Of a stretch of DNA of 17,824 nucleotides, positions 17,157 to 17,824 are shown in pieces. The stretch is from assembly GCA_963708295.1 (NCBI GenBank), contig CAVPSJ010000009.1, positions 1 through 17,824 of the forward strand. The letters run 5' to 3'. Positions within the stretch are counted from its first letter, which is position 1; every line of letters starts with the position of its first letter. The position numbers were made by a program, and so were the translations under genes. Under the pieces are notes generated by a model. It had not been told where the DNA came from, did not search any database, and was given only the letters and a program-made list of their open reading frames with translations. Source of the DNA: an uncultured delta proteobacterium (lineage in GTDB: Bacteria; Desulfobacterota; BSN033; UBA1163).

Positions 17157-17824
17157 ATTTCCTACATGCCACCCGTGTCGATTCAAACTGCTATTTATAG
17201 ATTTTCGTAGGGTAATCTGGAATTTCTCGAAAAATTGATCTTTAATACGGAATAGGTATATTTTTGTATGTTAATCATAACACCTTTTTGGAGCGCAATC
17301 TTCTGTATTTTGGAACAATTCTCACCCCTCATACAATTCTACTAACGAATCTTTCTTTCGAAAATATATTTTATGCTCAACTTTTAAAAAACTATTATGA
17401 TATTATTGTGTTATGAGATTTAAAGCGTTTTTTGATGAACTTCCAGATTTGGCACTATTTATTATGCGAATGACAGGCAGAGCTAAAGATCGACTGTGCT
17501 CATAAAGTTGTGTTCGCTTGGGCTTGCGTTGACCGCAGGGCTCATATTCTTGATTTAAGGCTGAAGAATGGCCGGAGATCCAGTTTTCATCTTGTTTATT
17601 TCACATTTCCCGGAAGTCCCGTCCTAAACAAACGCCGGAGCGTTCTCATTTGTTCATCCAAAAAGGCTCAAATGAAAAGTTTTTCTTAGTCGTGAGATAT
17701 ACGGAAACACAGGTTAGCCTGAACCAGCTCGGCAAATTGGGTAAACTGGGTGGAATGCTTATTAATCACCGATCCTGCCGAAGAAGCTCATATTTCCGTC
17801 TGGATCTACAAAAAGAAGAATGGA

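Noticed and set aside
16933-17238. 101-aa plus-strand ORF
   Set aside because: Mostly antisense to the PHP gene.
17560-17824. Possible 3' end of a minus-strand gene at the window edge
   Set aside because: Frames are interrupted and no motif was recognised; cannot be supported.

Overview
A 17.8 kb bacterial chromosomal segment. Gene content and intergenic repeat style suggest an anaerobic Desulfobacterota/deltaproteobacterium (inference). Both flanks (about 1-4400 and 12100-17824) carry many apparent frameshifts, while the genes at 5746-11737 are intact, which points to uncorrected long-read indels rather than real decay. Left to right: an AT-rich accessory stretch with a MazE/MazF (PemI/PemK) toxin-antitoxin pair under a consensus sigma70 promoter and a cassette-like small membrane-protein gene; an SDR / FAD-oxidoreductase / TctC cluster; an ABC ATPase and ABC-2 permease separated by a ThDP-dependent acetolactate-synthase-like gene; a minus-strand DUF4332 membrane protein plus sugar-phosphate isomerase/epimerase; a DUF4301 protein; a minus-strand VIT-VWA-TonB-C-like protein with an ECF-type promoter; a PHP-domain protein; and an AT-rich non-coding end with degenerate dif-like sites. 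The most distinctive signal is non-coding: most intergenic gaps in the central region hold either 7-bp tandem arrays (two in inverted orientation bracket one gene, one supplies a stop codon) or palindromic REP/MITE-like elements nested inside one another. No rRNA, tRNA, CRISPR array, transposase or integrase gene was found.
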